Below are positions 41,681-52,441 of a DNA stretch of 64,000 bases, piece after piece. The stretch is from an uncultured Planctomycetota bacterium (GTDB lineage Bacteria; Planctomycetota; Planctomycetia; Isosphaerales; Isosphaeraceae). The notes beneath the pieces were generated by a model. That model searched no databases and was not told the origin of the DNA. It saw nothing but the letters and a program-made list of their open reading frames with translations. How positions within the stretch are numbered: the stretch's first letter is position 1; the number at the start of each line of letters is the position of its first letter. The stretch lies in contig CAVTTN010000002.1 of assembly GCA_963737655.1 (NCBI GenBank), forward strand, positions 4,896,001 through 4,960,000, in the 5' to 3' direction. Position numbers and translations under genes: made by a program.

Positions 41681-43576
41681 ATGCGATTTCTCTCGATTTT
41701 CTTGGCGGTTGTTGGCCTGGCGATGCCTTCTCTCGCGGCCGATCCCGGATCGGGCCGACCGGCGGGGGTGGCCTCGCGGGTCGTCCCGGGCGCCGAGGGA
41801 AAACCTCTCGCGTTGAAGGCCCCGAAGGGCGGGGCGCTGGCCCTGGTCTTCTACTCGACCGAGTGCCCGATCTCCAACGAGGCCAGCCCCGAGCTGAATA
41901 GCGTGGCCCGGGGAGTTCCGGGCGAGAAATTGGCGATGGTCGGCCTCTGCGTGGATCCCGACAAGGACGCCTCCGCCCTCGCGGCCCATGCGAAGGAGTT
42001 CACCCTGGCCTTCCCCGTGGCGTCGGACCGCGAGCTGTCGGTGGCCCATCGCCTCGGGGTGAAGGTCACGCCCGAGGTGGTCGTCCTGGACGATTCGGAT
42101 CGCGTCCGCTACCGGGGGCGGATCGACGATCGGTACGCCGCGCGAGGCAAGCCGAACGCCAACCCCCGGACCCACGAGCTCCGCGACGCCGTGGCGGCGG
42201 TGATCGCCGGCAAGGCCCCCGAGAATGCCGAGGTCGAGGCCGTCGGTTGCCCGTTGCCCACGCCTCCGAAGGCCGAGAAGGCCGTGCCGACGTACTCGGG
42301 GCGGATCGCCGCGATTTTGAAGGATCGATGCGTCGAGTGCCACCGGCCCGGCCAGGTCGGCCCGTTCCCGCTGTTGACCTATGAGCAGGCGAGGAAGAGG
42401 GCGACGGACCTGGCCTCGGTCGTCGAGTCGCGGCAGATGCCGCCGTGGAAGCCGTCGCCGGGGTTCGGGCCGGCGCTCAAGAGCGAGAAGACGCTGCCGG
42501 AGGCAGACGTCGCGGCCCTGGTGGCCTGGGCCGAGAACGGCGCCCCTCCGGGCGACCCGATCCCCCCCCTGGCGGCCTCGGAAGACACCGACGAATGGGC
42601 CCTGGGCCGTCCTGACCTGATCATCCAGTCCTCCGAGCCGTTCCCGGTGCCGGCCGCCGGGGCCGACATCTATCGATGCTTCGTGATCCCGACGAATTTG
42701 CCGAAGGACGTGTACATCTCGGCCATCGAGTACCAGCCGGGCGACCGCGGGGTCGTCCACCACGTCCTGAGCTACGTGGACATGACCGGCCAGGGCCGGA
42801 AGAGGGACGAGGCCGACCCGGGCCTGGGCTACTCCTGCTTCAGCGGCCCCGGTGTCGAGATCCACGGGGACCTCGGCGGCTGGGCCCCGGGCAATGAGCC
42901 GAGCTTCTTGCCCGAGGGCGTGGGCCGGTCTCTGCCGAAGGGCGCCGATGTGATCGTCCAGGTCCACTACCACCCCAACGGCAAGCCCACGACCGACCGG
43001 ACCCGCGTCGGCCTCCACTTCTCGAAGAAGCCGGTCAAGCAGGCCATGCAGTGGGCCGCCGCCGCGAACTTCGGGATGGTCCTCCCCGCCGGCAAGGACC
43101 GGATCGAGATCCCCGCGCGATGGACCGTCCCGGTGGACGTCGAGGCGCTGGCCATCTCGCCCCACATGCACCTGCTGGGCAAGGACATGACCATCGTCCT
43201 GACCGCCCCGGACGGCAAGCAGACCCCGATCATCAAGATCGACGACTGGGACTTCCTCTGGCAGAACACCTATTACTTCAAGGAACCGATCAAGATCGCC
43301 AAAGGGACCACGCTCGACGTGATCGCCCATTTCGACAACTCGGCGTCCAACCCGAGGAACCCGAACAAGCCGCCGAAGGAAGTCAAATGGGGCGAGGCGA
43401 CCACCGACGAGATGTGCATCGGCTTCCTCGCCCTGACCAAGGCCGGTCAGGACTTGACGAAGCCCGGAGAGGTCGATGACCTCCGCCAGATCATCGACAA
43501 GTCTTACGAGGCCGAACGGGAGAAATATCGTCGCTGGCGCGAGGCCGAGGAGAAGAAGGCCCGCGGCGAGAAGTAA
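41681..43576 (+). CDS. Exported redoxin / c-type heme / copper type II monooxygenase-like fusion protein
   Basis: Signal peptide, ECP...TPEV...YRGRIDD...VGC redoxin, CVECH plus MPPW heme c, VHH, HYH, HMH, DEMC copper ligands. Confidence 0.85.
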   Translation: MRFLSIFLAVVGLAMPSLAADPGSGRPAGVASRVVPGAEGKPLALKAPKGGALALVFYSTECPISNEASPELNSVARGVPGEKLAMVGLCVDPDKDASALAAHAKEFTLAFPVASDRELSVAHRLGVKVTPEVVVLDDSDRVRYRGRIDDRYAARGKPNANPRTHELRDAVAAVIAGKAPENAEVEAVGCPLPTPPKAEKAVPTYSGRIAAILKDRCVECHRPGQVGPFPLLTYEQARKRATDLASVVESRQMPPWKPSPGFGPALKSEKTLPEADVAALVAWAENGAPPGDPIPPLAASEDTDEWALGRPDLIIQSSEPFPVPAAGADIYRCFVIPTNLPKDVYISAIEYQPGDRGVVHHVLSYVDMTGQGRKRDEADPGLGYSCFSGPGVEIHGDLGGWAPGNEPSFLPEGVGRSLPKGADVIVQVHYHPNGKPTTDRTRVGLHFSKKPVKQAMQWAAAANFGMVLPAGKDRIEIPARWTVPVDVEALAISPHMHLLGKDMTIVLTAPDGKQTPIIKIDDWDFLWQNTYYFKEPIKIAKGTTLDVIAHFDNSASNPRNPNKPPKEVKWGEATTDEMCIGFLALTKAGQDLTKPGEVDDLRQIIDKSYEAEREKYRRWREAEEKKARGEK

Positions 43577-43594
43577 CGCGCCTCGGATCAAAAG

Positions 43595-43691
43595 TTCACC
43601 ACGAAGTCACAAAGAGCACGAAGGAAGACACAAAGGGGGGTCGGATTCCCCTTTGTGTCTTCCTTCGTGCTCTTTGTGACTTCGTGGTGAA
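43595..43691. repeat. 97-bp palindrome with 44-bp perfect arms (cacRaag sub-repeats), family E
   Basis: ttcaccacgaagtcacaaagagcacgaaggaagacacaaagggg at 43595-43638 and its reverse complement at 43648-43691. Confidence 0.95.
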
Positions 43692-43861
43692 GGATCGAAG
43701 CCAGCAAGCCGCGTCCTGGCACGCGGATTGCCCCTGGATTCCGTCGCAGCGGGCGCCCTACACTTCGAGAGAATCCGTCAAGGACTCGGCGAGCCGTGCC
43801 GGGAGGATGTCCCGGGGAGCGGTCTCGGAAGGATACGGGATTCGAAGGGATCGAGGAAGCC

Positions 43862-44503
43862 ATGCGCGGCACGATCGGTCGGGCGGTCGTCTTGACCGTC
43901 CTGGGCCTCGTTGCGCCCGGGTGCGCCGCGAGCCATCAGGCCCGATACGTCTACCAGGACGGCGCGTTCGGCGTCGTCGGCATCCCCGAGAACACCTCGG
44001 TTTGGCCCTCCTATTATCGGGAGCAGGCCGAGTCGCTCATGAAGCGCCATTTCCCGGCGGGCTACGAAATCGTCCGGGCCGAGGAAGTGGTCGAGGGGTC
44101 GCGGACCAAGACCGTCAACGGCACGAACACGGCGGAAGTCGATGCGAACACCGTCGTCCCCCTGCTGAACCTGGTGAAGGTCGGCCGGACGGCCTCGACC
44201 AGCCAGGCGGACAAGGTGAGCATCAAGGAGTGCCGCATCCTGTACAAGAAGGCCGGCACCGTGGGCGAGCCGCCGGAGGCCGGATTCGCGGCCTCGGCGG
44301 CGCTCGGGCCCGAGCTGTACGTCGATCCGAACGCCGAGGCCCGCCACCACGTCGTCGCCAAGCCCGTGCCGCCGGACGACCCGGCCGAGAAGACGGCGAA
44401 GGCCGACGAGAAGACCGCGAACGAGGCCGTCCCCGATGCCGGAAAACCGGCCTCGGCCGCCGATTCCGACGACGCACCCGTCAAATCGACCCACAAGAAA
44501 TGA
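43862..44503 (+). CDS. Hypothetical lipoprotein (paralog 1)
   Basis: Lipobox [12 protein letters not shown]...HFP..YE.VR..EV.EG...ECRI.Y.K. Confidence 0.8.
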   Translation: MRGTIGRAVVLTVLGLVAPGCAASHQARYVYQDGAFGVVGIPENTSVWPSYYREQAESLMKRHFPAGYEIVRAEEVVEGSRTKTVNGTNTAEVDANTVVPLLNLVKVGRTASTSQADKVSIKECRILYKKAGTVGEPPEAGFAASAALGPELYVDPNAEARHHVVAKPVPPDDPAEKTAKADEKTANEAVPDAGKPASAADSDDAPVKSTHKK

Positions 44504-44677
44504 CGAATATCCCTTGACGCGGTGACAGTCCGGACGTACTGTCCCCGCCGCACGTCGGGCGACGAGGGATGTCGCGGCGACCGAGCTTCCACCCGATCTC
44601 CACCGGCCGAGGCCCCGCTCTCCGTCGCCCTCCGGGCAGGATGCCCCGAGGCCGCCAGGATGGCGAGGAGATCGATC

Positions 44678-45256
44678 ATGCGCCGAGACTTACGACGATG
44701 GGCCGTGACGGGCCTGTCGCTGCTGGGCATGGGCTGCGCGTCGAGCCGGGAAGCCCGCTACGTCTATCAGGATGGCGATGCCGGCGTGATCGCGATCGAG
44801 CAGAACACGCCGAAGCAGATGGACCAGGCCGTCCGCCTGATGGAGAAGCACTTCCCGGGCAAGAATTACGAGGTCGTCCGGACCGTGGAAGTGGACGAAG
44901 GCAAGCGCACCCTGTTCGAATCGGACAAGCGCTCGGCCGACCTGGAGCCCCGGCTCGAAAACACCCTGTTCAAGACGGGCAAGTGGCACCGCGACCGCGA
45001 CTCCACGCATTCGGACCAGCTCACGATCCGCGAGTGCCGGATCATCTACAGGAAGAAGAACGCCCTGATCCCGCCGTCCCTGGCGTTCGCCACGTCGCCC
45101 AAGTATTCGCCCGAGCTCTACCCCGACCCGATCGCCCGCGAGATGGCCGAAGAAAAGCTCGCCCTGGCGAAGAAGGACGCGGTCAAGGATGGCGAGGTGA
45201 AGCCCGCCAGCCTCGAAGCGCCGTCGTCCCCGAATCCGCCCCTGCCGCCCAGGTAG
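44678..45256 (+). CDS. Hypothetical lipoprotein (paralog 2)
   Basis: Lipobox GMGC and the same motif series as the upstream gene. Confidence 0.8.
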   Translation: MRRDLRRWAVTGLSLLGMGCASSREARYVYQDGDAGVIAIEQNTPKQMDQAVRLMEKHFPGKNYEVVRTVEVDEGKRTLFESDKRSADLEPRLENTLFKTGKWHRDRDSTHSDQLTIRECRIIYRKKNALIPPSLAFATSPKYSPELYPDPIAREMAEEKLALAKKDAVKDGEVKPASLEAPSSPNPPLPPR

Positions 45257-45519
45257 GGCCGATCCGAGGCAGGCCCCGGGTGTCGCTCCCGATTCCCGGT
45301 TCGGATCGCGTCGGCTCGGGTGGCTGGGGGCGGCGCCGCGACGCGTCTCGACCCCAGCCACCGGGGAACCTCGAATTCGAGAGGGGGACCCGCGGGCCCT
45401 CGACCTCGCCTGGCTTGAGCCCGGCGTGGCACGCTCCTAAGATAACGGGCACACGCCCCGCCCGGCCCAAAGGCCGGGCCCGCCCCCTCTCCGCCCCCGG
45501 CAAGGAAAGGACCTCTCGA

Positions 45520-47001
45520 ATGGCCACCGCCACCGAACCGAGGCGCAAGGCGACCTCCGGCCGCTCGTTCCAGACCAGGATGCTCATCGACGGCCAGTGG
45601 CGAGACAGCCTCAGCGGCAAGACCTTCGCCACCATCAACCCGGCGACCGAGGAGGTCATCGCCGAGGTCGCCGAGGGGGACAAGGCCGACATCGACCTCG
45701 CCGCGACCGCCGCCAGGAAGGCGTTCGACTCCGGCCCCTGGCGGACGATGGACGCTCGGGACCGCGGCCGGCTCCTCCTGAAGCTCGCCGACCTGATCGA
45801 GGCGAACTTCGACGAGCTCGCCGAGCTCGAGACGCTCGACAACGGCAAGCCGATCTCCGAGAGCCGCAACGCCGACCTGCCCCTGGTGATCGACTGCCTC
45901 CGCTACTACGCCGGGTGGGCCGACAAGATCCACGGCCAGACGATCCCGATCCGCGGCAATTACTTCTGCTACACGAGGAAGGAGCCCGTGGGGGTGGCCG
46001 GGCAGATCATCCCCTGGAACTTCCCGATGCTGATGGTGGCGTGGAAGTGGGGCCCCGCCCTGGCCGCCGGCTGCACGATCGTGATGAAGCCGGCCGAGCA
46101 GACCCCGCTGTCGTGCCTCCGCCTGGGCGAGCTGGCGATGGAGGCCGGGTTCCCCGACGGCGTGATCAACATCGTCCCGGGCTTCGGCGAGACGGCCGGC
46201 GATGCCGTCGTGAAGCACCCCGGGATCGACAAGGTCGCCTTCACCGGCTCGACCGAGGTCGGCAAGATCATCATGAGGAACGCGGCCGAGACGCTCAAGC
46301 GCGTGACCCTGGAACTGGGCGGCAAGAGCCCGAACATCGTCTTCGCCGACGCGGACCTGGACGCCGCCGTGGACGGCTCGATCCTCGGCCTCTACCTGAA
46401 CCAGGGGCAATGCTGCTGCGCCGGCAGCCGCCTGTTCGTCCAGGAGGGGATCTACGACGCCTTCGTCGAGAAGCTCGCCGCCAAGGCGTCGTCGAGGAAG
46501 CAGGGCGACCCGTTCGACCCGACGACCGAGATGGGCCCGCAGGTCGATCACGAGCAGTTCTCCAAGATCATGACCTACATCGGCCACGGCCGGGACCAGG
46601 GCGCCCGCTGCGTCACCGGAGGCGAACGGTTCGGCTCCAAGGGGTTCTTCATCAAGCCGACGATCTTCGCCGACGTGAAGGACGACATGGCCATCGCCCG
46701 GGACGAGATTTTCGGCCCGGTGCTGTCGGTCATCAAGTTCTCGGGCATGGACGAGGCGATCCGCCGGGCCAACGCCACCGAGTACGGCCTGGCCGCCGCC
46801 GTCTGGACCAAGGACATCAGCAAGGCCCACGCCATCGCCAACCGGGTGAGGGCCGGGACGGTCTGGGTCAACTGCTACGACGTCTTCGACGCCGCCGCCC
46901 CGTTCGGCGGGTTCAAGGCCAGCGGGATCGGCCGAGAGCTCGGCGAGAAGGCCCTGGACAACTACACCGAATCGAAGACGGTGACCGTCGCCCTCGGTTG
47001 A
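45520..47001 (+). CDS. NAD-dependent aldehyde dehydrogenase (ALDH1/2-like)
   Basis: [50 protein letters not shown]. Confidence 0.96.
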   Translation: MATATEPRRKATSGRSFQTRMLIDGQWRDSLSGKTFATINPATEEVIAEVAEGDKADIDLAATAARKAFDSGPWRTMDARDRGRLLLKLADLIEANFDELAELETLDNGKPISESRNADLPLVIDCLRYYAGWADKIHGQTIPIRGNYFCYTRKEPVGVAGQIIPWNFPMLMVAWKWGPALAAGCTIVMKPAEQTPLSCLRLGELAMEAGFPDGVINIVPGFGETAGDAVVKHPGIDKVAFTGSTEVGKIIMRNAAETLKRVTLELGGKSPNIVFADADLDAAVDGSILGLYLNQGQCCCAGSRLFVQEGIYDAFVEKLAAKASSRKQGDPFDPTTEMGPQVDHEQFSKIMTYIGHGRDQGARCVTGGERFGSKGFFIKPTIFADVKDDMAIARDEIFGPVLSVIKFSGMDEAIRRANATEYGLAAAVWTKDISKAHAIANRVRAGTVWVNCYDVFDAAAPFGGFKASGIGRELGEKALDNYTESKTVTVALG

Positions 47002-47008
47002 GCGCCCG

Positions 47009-47042
47009 GCCCGAGGGGTGGGACTCGCCCCATCCCTCGGGC
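47009..47042 (+). terminator. Stem-loop after the aldehyde dehydrogenase
   Basis: gcccgaggggtggg / cccatccctcgggc stem with one G-U pair. No strong U-tract. Confidence 0.45.
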
Positions 47043-47091
47043 GATTCGGAGGCTTGACCGGGCGTCCCCTCTTCGATGAAAATCGGCAGAC

Positions 47092-47916
47092 ATGAAACCC
47101 TGCCAACCCTTCGAACGACCGCCCGGCCGCCCGCGCCCGAGGCCGGTCGTGTGCGTGGGCCTGGACCTGGCGGGCGTGGGACACCGCCCGACCGGGCTGG
47201 CGATCCTCCGCGATGGCCGATTGAGCCGGCTCGGCACGCTCGGCGACGATGAGGAGGTGGTCCGTGTGGTCCAGAGGGCGGGCCGCCATGCGACGGTCGC
47301 CATCAACGCCCCGCTGACCCGGCCTCGGGGCCGGTGCTGCCTCGACGACGACTGCCCCTGCCGCCAGGACCCCGGGACGCGGAGCCGGGCCCTGGAGCGC
47401 GACCTGGCCCGGATGGGCGTGCCGGCGCTGGCCACGGCCCTGATCAAGGTCCTGGCCCGCCGAGGGGCGAGGATCGCTATGGCCCTCCGCGTGGCCGGGT
47501 TCGACCCCCTGGAAGTCTACCCATTCGCGACCCTGAAGCTACTCGGCCTGCCCTGGCGAGGCAAGAAGACCGTCGGCGGGAGGCGCGAGATCCATCGGGG
47601 CCTGAAGCGATGGGTGCCCGGCCTGGACCACCCCGGCGCCTCGGAGCACGAGCTCGACGCCGTGGCCTGCGCCCTGACGGCCCGGCTCTGGCTCCAAGGC
47701 CGGGCCCGGCTCGTCGGCGACGCCGACGAGGGCCTGATGGTCGTCCCGAAGCCGAGGAAGAAGCGATCAAGGCCCGCGGAACCCGTCGCGGCGGGCCGGG
47801 CCCGGGTTAGAAAGCGGCGAGACCGGGCCGTTTCCTCCTCGGCGGCCCCTGGCCGGAAGCATTTTGGGTCGTACGGAACCCGTGCGACCCAAAATGCTTC
47901 CGAACATGCTTTGTAG
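47092..47916 (+). CDS. DUF429 family RNase H-like predicted nuclease
   Basis: VGLDLAG....TG.A, INAPL, R..ER.L, EVYP.A, HELDA..CALTA, EG..V.P. Confidence 0.8.
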   Translation: MKPCQPFERPPGRPRPRPVVCVGLDLAGVGHRPTGLAILRDGRLSRLGTLGDDEEVVRVVQRAGRHATVAINAPLTRPRGRCCLDDDCPCRQDPGTRSRALERDLARMGVPALATALIKVLARRGARIAMALRVAGFDPLEVYPFATLKLLGLPWRGKKTVGGRREIHRGLKRWVPGLDHPGASEHELDAVACALTARLWLQGRARLVGDADEGLMVVPKPRKKRSRPAEPVAAGRARVRKRRDRAVSSSAAPGRKHFGSYGTRATQNASEHAL

Positions 47917-48048
47917 AAAACCCCCTTGAGAATGAGGAAACGAGTAGGTCCGACTTCAGTCGGGCCTACAGAGCAAGATCTTCTTGCAGGCCCGACTGAA
48001 GTCCGACCTACTCGTCTCCTCTCCAGCACTCGGTTTTCTACGGAGCAT
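47906..48048. repeat. Palindromic element family A copy 3
   Basis: Inner arms cgagtaggtccgacttcagtcgggcct / aggcccgactgaagtccgacctactcg. Outer arms atgctttgtagaaaacc / ggttttctacggagcat. Confidence 0.9.
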
Positions 48049-48178
48049 TCCGAAGGCCTTTCCCTCCGGGAAGGGAACGGTCCTGGGCGGCGAGACGACC
48101 GAGCTTGTCGCGGTCGCCCCGTTCTGGTAGCGTCCCGGGCCGGACCTGGATCGGTCCGCCCCCGGGAGTCCCTTCGCG

Positions 48179-48973
48179 ATGGATGCGACCGAACCCGCGA
48201 CCTGGTTCGCCGGGGACCTCGCCGACCCCTGGGCGTTGGCCATCGCCGAGGCGATGCCGAGGTCGGCCACGCGGTTCGGCGAGGGCTGGCCCGAGTCGTG
48301 GCCGGGCTCGGGCGTGGTCGTCCTCCACACGTCCCGCCTGTCGAACGACCGGATCGAGGCCCTGAAGCTGGCCCGATCCGCCGGGGGGGCGGCGACCCGG
48401 ATCATCCTGTGCCTTGGGCCTCACGTCCGGGCCTGGGAGGCCGAGCGGTGCTCGGCCCTCGCCGACGTCACCCTCGCCGAGGCGACCGCGCCGGACGTGA
48501 TCGCCCGTTACCTCGACGATCGGCCGAGAACCCCGCCCAGCGGCCGGGGCCGGAAGGTCTCGGTGGTCGTCCACGGGTTCGAGGCCCGTCGCGTGCTGGT
48601 CGAAGCCTGCGAAGGGGCCGGCTTCGAGGTCCGGGGCTCGCGTGATTGGGACGACGCCCGGGCGGACTCGGTGGCCCTCTGGGACGTCCCCTTGCTGGAG
48701 CCGGGCTGGGAGGCCACGCTCCGGAGGGAGACGGTCCGCCAGCCCGTGGTCGTCCTCCTGGGCTTCGCCGATCGCCAGAGCGTGGCCTCGGCGAGAGCGG
48801 CCGGGGCCTCGGCCTGCCTGGATTCTCCGTGCGACCTGGCCGACCTGCTGTTCGTCCTCGATCGCGTGGCGACCCGGCCGGCGATCGACCATGGTCACGC
48901 CGTCCCCCCGCCGCCGATGGGCCTTCGGGACCGGCGATCGGTTGGCCGCCCGGCCCCTCTCGGCCTAGAATGA
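48179..48973 (+). CDS. Hypothetical protein with degenerate receiver-like domain(s)
   Basis: ALWDVP...PVVVLLGF.DR.....A..AGA.A.L..P pattern resembling a CheY fold. Confidence 0.6.
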   Translation: MDATEPATWFAGDLADPWALAIAEAMPRSATRFGEGWPESWPGSGVVVLHTSRLSNDRIEALKLARSAGGAATRIILCLGPHVRAWEAERCSALADVTLAEATAPDVIARYLDDRPRTPPSGRGRKVSVVVHGFEARRVLVEACEGAGFEVRGSRDWDDARADSVALWDVPLLEPGWEATLRRETVRQPVVVLLGFADRQSVASARAAGASACLDSPCDLADLLFVLDRVATRPAIDHGHAVPPPPMGLRDRRSVGRPAPLGLE

Positions 48974-49037
48974 TCGGAAGTGCGACAACGAGGGATCGCG
49001 GATCGTGGGGACGACCGGGGAGACCGGCGAGGCACTC

Positions 49038-52000
49038 ATGAGGAAGACCTCGGCGACGGTCGCGGCCCCGGTCAAGGCGCTGAAGGACCTCACGCGGATC
49101 ATCCAGACCGCGCCCGGGTTTGCGGAGGTCCTCGCGTCCCTGAAGAACGGCCGAGGGGCGACGATCGACGGCGCCTGGGGGTCGGCGTCCCCCCTGGCCG
49201 CCGCGGCCCTGGGCCTCCATTCGCCGACGACCCTCCTGATCGTCCTGGCCCATGCCGGCGACGCCGACGACTTCGCCGGGGACGTCTCGACGTTCTCGGG
49301 CCTGAAGACCGAGCTCTTCCCCGCCTGGGACCGCCCGTCGCGACCTCGGTCCTCGCCCGAGGACGCCTCGGAGTCGGCGCCTCTGCCGACCGATGAGCTG
49401 TTCGGCCGCCGCATCCAGGTCGCGAAGCGACTGGCCGGCGCGCTGCCTCCCCGGGTCGTCGTGGCGCCGATCCAGGCCCTCTTGCAGCCCCTGCCCCGGC
49501 CCGAGGCCCTGGCGAAGAGCTCAAGGACGATCCGGGTGGGCGAGACGATCGCCGTCGAGGAGCTCGCCCGATGGCTCGTCGGCCAGGCGATGAGCCGCGT
49601 GGAGGTCGTCGAGGTCGCCGGGGAATTCAGCCTCCGCGGGGGGATTCTCGACGTCTTCCCGCTCGACGCCACCGAACCCGTCCGCGTCGAGTTCTTCGGC
49701 GACGATGTCGAGTCGATCCGCCCGTTCGATCCCGAGACCCAGCGCCTCCCTGGGCCGCGAGGACTCCTTCACGATCACCGCCGCGCCCTCGATCGACGGC
49801 CGGAAGCTCGACGACCTCGGCCACCTCGCCGACTTCCTGCCGAGGGAGACCTGGGTCGTCCTCGTCGAGCCCAATGACCTCCGCGAGGAGGCCCGGCTGT
49901 TCCTCTCCCGGGCCGACGACCCTCGCGGCCTGTTCTCGGTCGAATCCACGTTCGCTCGATTGCTCAAGAAGCCCTCGGTCACGCTCTCGACGCTCTCGGC
50001 GAGCTCCCTGGAGACGGGCTGTCACCTGAGGGTCGAGTCGGTCGAGCGGTTTTCGGGCGAGCTCACGAAGGTGAAGGCCGAGCTCGATTCGGCCGCCGGG
50101 CTCGACCGGGTGCTCATCGCCTGCCACAACCAGGGCGAGGTGGACCGGCTGGGCGAGGTCTTCGCCGACACCAAGCTCGCCCAGGCCGGCAAGCTCGGGC
50201 TGACCGTCGGCCGAATCCGGGCCGGCTTCCGCATGATCGACGCGCAAACGCTCGTGATCGCCGATCATGAGCTGTTCGCCCGCGCCGACGTCCGCCGGGG
50301 GACGACCCGCCGCCGCTACGAGAGCCGGGCGATCGACAGCTTCCTCGACCTGAACGAGGGGGATCTGGTCGTCCACCTGAACCACGGGATCGCGGTCTAT
50401 CGCGGCCTCCAATTGGTGGACAAGGACGCCGAATACGGCGAGGAACAGCTGGTCCTGGAGTTCGCCGAGAAGACCCGGCTTTATGTGCCGATCGCCAAGG
50501 TGGACCTGGTCCAGAAGTACGTCGGCGGGGGGCGTTCGAACCCCCCTCTGTCGAAGATCGGCTCCTCGGCCTGGGAGAAGCGCAAGAAGCGGGTCGCGGA
50601 GGCGGTCGTCGATCTGGCCAGCGAGCTGATCGACATCCAGGCCGCCCGCGCCAGCCGGCCGGGGATCGCCTATCCGGCCGAGGACTCGCACTGGCTGGCC
50701 GAGTTCGAGGCCGCGTTCCCCTATCAGGAGACGCCCGACCAGCTCTCGGCCATCGAGGCGATCAAGGCCGACATGGCCCAGCCCCGGCCGATGGACCGGC
50801 TGATCTGCGGGGACGTGGGATACGGCAAGACCGAGGTGGCGATGAGGGCCGCGTTCAAGGCCGTCGATGCCGGCAAGCAAGTGGCCGTGCTGGTGCCGAC
50901 GACCGTCCTCGCCGAACAGCACCACCGGACGTTCTCCGAACGGATGGGCGAGTTCCCGTTCATCGTCGAGGCCGTGAATCGCTTCCGCCCCAGGTCGGAG
51001 ATCAAGGACGTCCTGAAACGGACCGCCGCCGGGTCGGTGGACGTCCTGATCGGCACCCATCGGATCGTCCAGAAGGACGTGGCGTTCAAGGACCTGGGCC
51101 TCGTGGTGATCGACGAGGAGCAACGCTTCGGCGTCGAGGACAAGGAGTGGCTCAAGACGCTCCGATCGACGGTGGACGTGCTCACGCTCTCGGCCACGCC
51201 GATCCCCCGGACGCTCCACATGAGCTTGCTCGGCATCCGGGACATCTCCAACCTCGAGACCCCCCCGCCGGACCGCAAGGCGATCGAGACCCGGATCACT
51301 CGCTGGGATGACGAGATGATCAAGCGGGCGATCTTGCGGGAGCTCGACCGCGAGGGGCAGGTCTATTTCGTCCATAATCGGGTGTACGACATCCACGGGA
51401 TCGTCGATCGCATCCAGGCCCTCGTGCCCGAGGCCCGGATCCTCGTCGCCCACGGCCAGATGCCGGGCGAGGCCCTGGAACGGGCGATGATCGATTTCGT
51501 CGCCCACAAGGCCGACATCCTGGTGGCCACGACGATCATCGAGTCGGGCGTCGATATCCCCAACGTGAACACGATCTTCATCCACGAGGCCGACCGCTAC
51601 GGGCTGGCCGACCTCCACCAGCTCCGAGGGCGGGTCGGCCGGTTCAAGCATCGGGCCTATGCCTATCTGCTCCTCGAATCCGACCGGCCGGTCACGGAGA
51701 ACGCGGTGAAGCGGCTGAAGGCGATCGAGGAGTTCACCGAGCTCGGCGCCGGGTTCAAGATCGCGCTCCGCGACCTGGAAATCCGGGGGGCCGGCAACAT
51801 CCTGGGCGCCGAGCAGTCGGGCCACATCGAGAGCGTGGGCTATGAGCTGTATTGCAGCCTCCTGGAAGCGGCCGTCCGGGCCCTGACGAACAAGCCGGAC
51901 CGCCCGGCCTTCGATTGCTCGATCGAGCTGGCCTGGCGGGCCTACCTGCCGAAAGACTACGTCCCCGGGGCGAAGCTCAAGGTCGAGCTCTATCGGAGGC

Positions 52001-52338
52001 TCGGCCGGATTCGCTCTTGGGAGCGTTTGACCGACTTCCGACAGGAGTTGATCGACCGATTCGGCCCGCTGCCCCCTCCGGCCGAGAACTTGCTGGCCGA
52101 GGCCGAGCTCCGGCTCCTGGCCGAGCGGTGGCAACTGGCGAGGATCCACGTCGAGGACGAGTACGCGGTGCTCTCGTACCGGAATCCGAAGCGGATCGAG
52201 GCCCTGGCGAAGCTGCATCCGGGCCGGGTGCGGATCGTGGACGAGAAGACGGCGTACGTCCCTCTCGACGACGAGAGGAAGAGGCCGCCGGGCGCGGTGG
52301 TGGCCTCGGCGGTCAAAGCGCTCTTGCGGGTTTCGTGA
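49038..52338 (+). CDS. mfd: Transcription-repair coupling factor; frameshift at ~49746
   Basis: GEFS.RGGILD.F, GDLVVH..HGI..Y.G, PMDRL.CGDVGYGKTEVA.RAA, IDEEQRFGV, SATPIPRTL, HQLRGRVGR, RDLEIRG.GN.LG.EQSG. Confidence 0.96.
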
Positions 52339-52441
52339 AGGCCGGGTAGAAGGTCGCGACCCCGGTCCGTTCGGATCGCGGGATACGGATGCCACTCGGT
52401 CGTCGCGTCGCGGCCGTCCCGTCGTCGAGAGAGGGTCCGCG

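Noticed and set aside
49038..52338. mfd and other split genes as pseudogenes or programmed frameshifts
   Set aside because: All motifs are intact, the break is a single-base indel, and the pattern recurs across the window, consistent with sequencing error.
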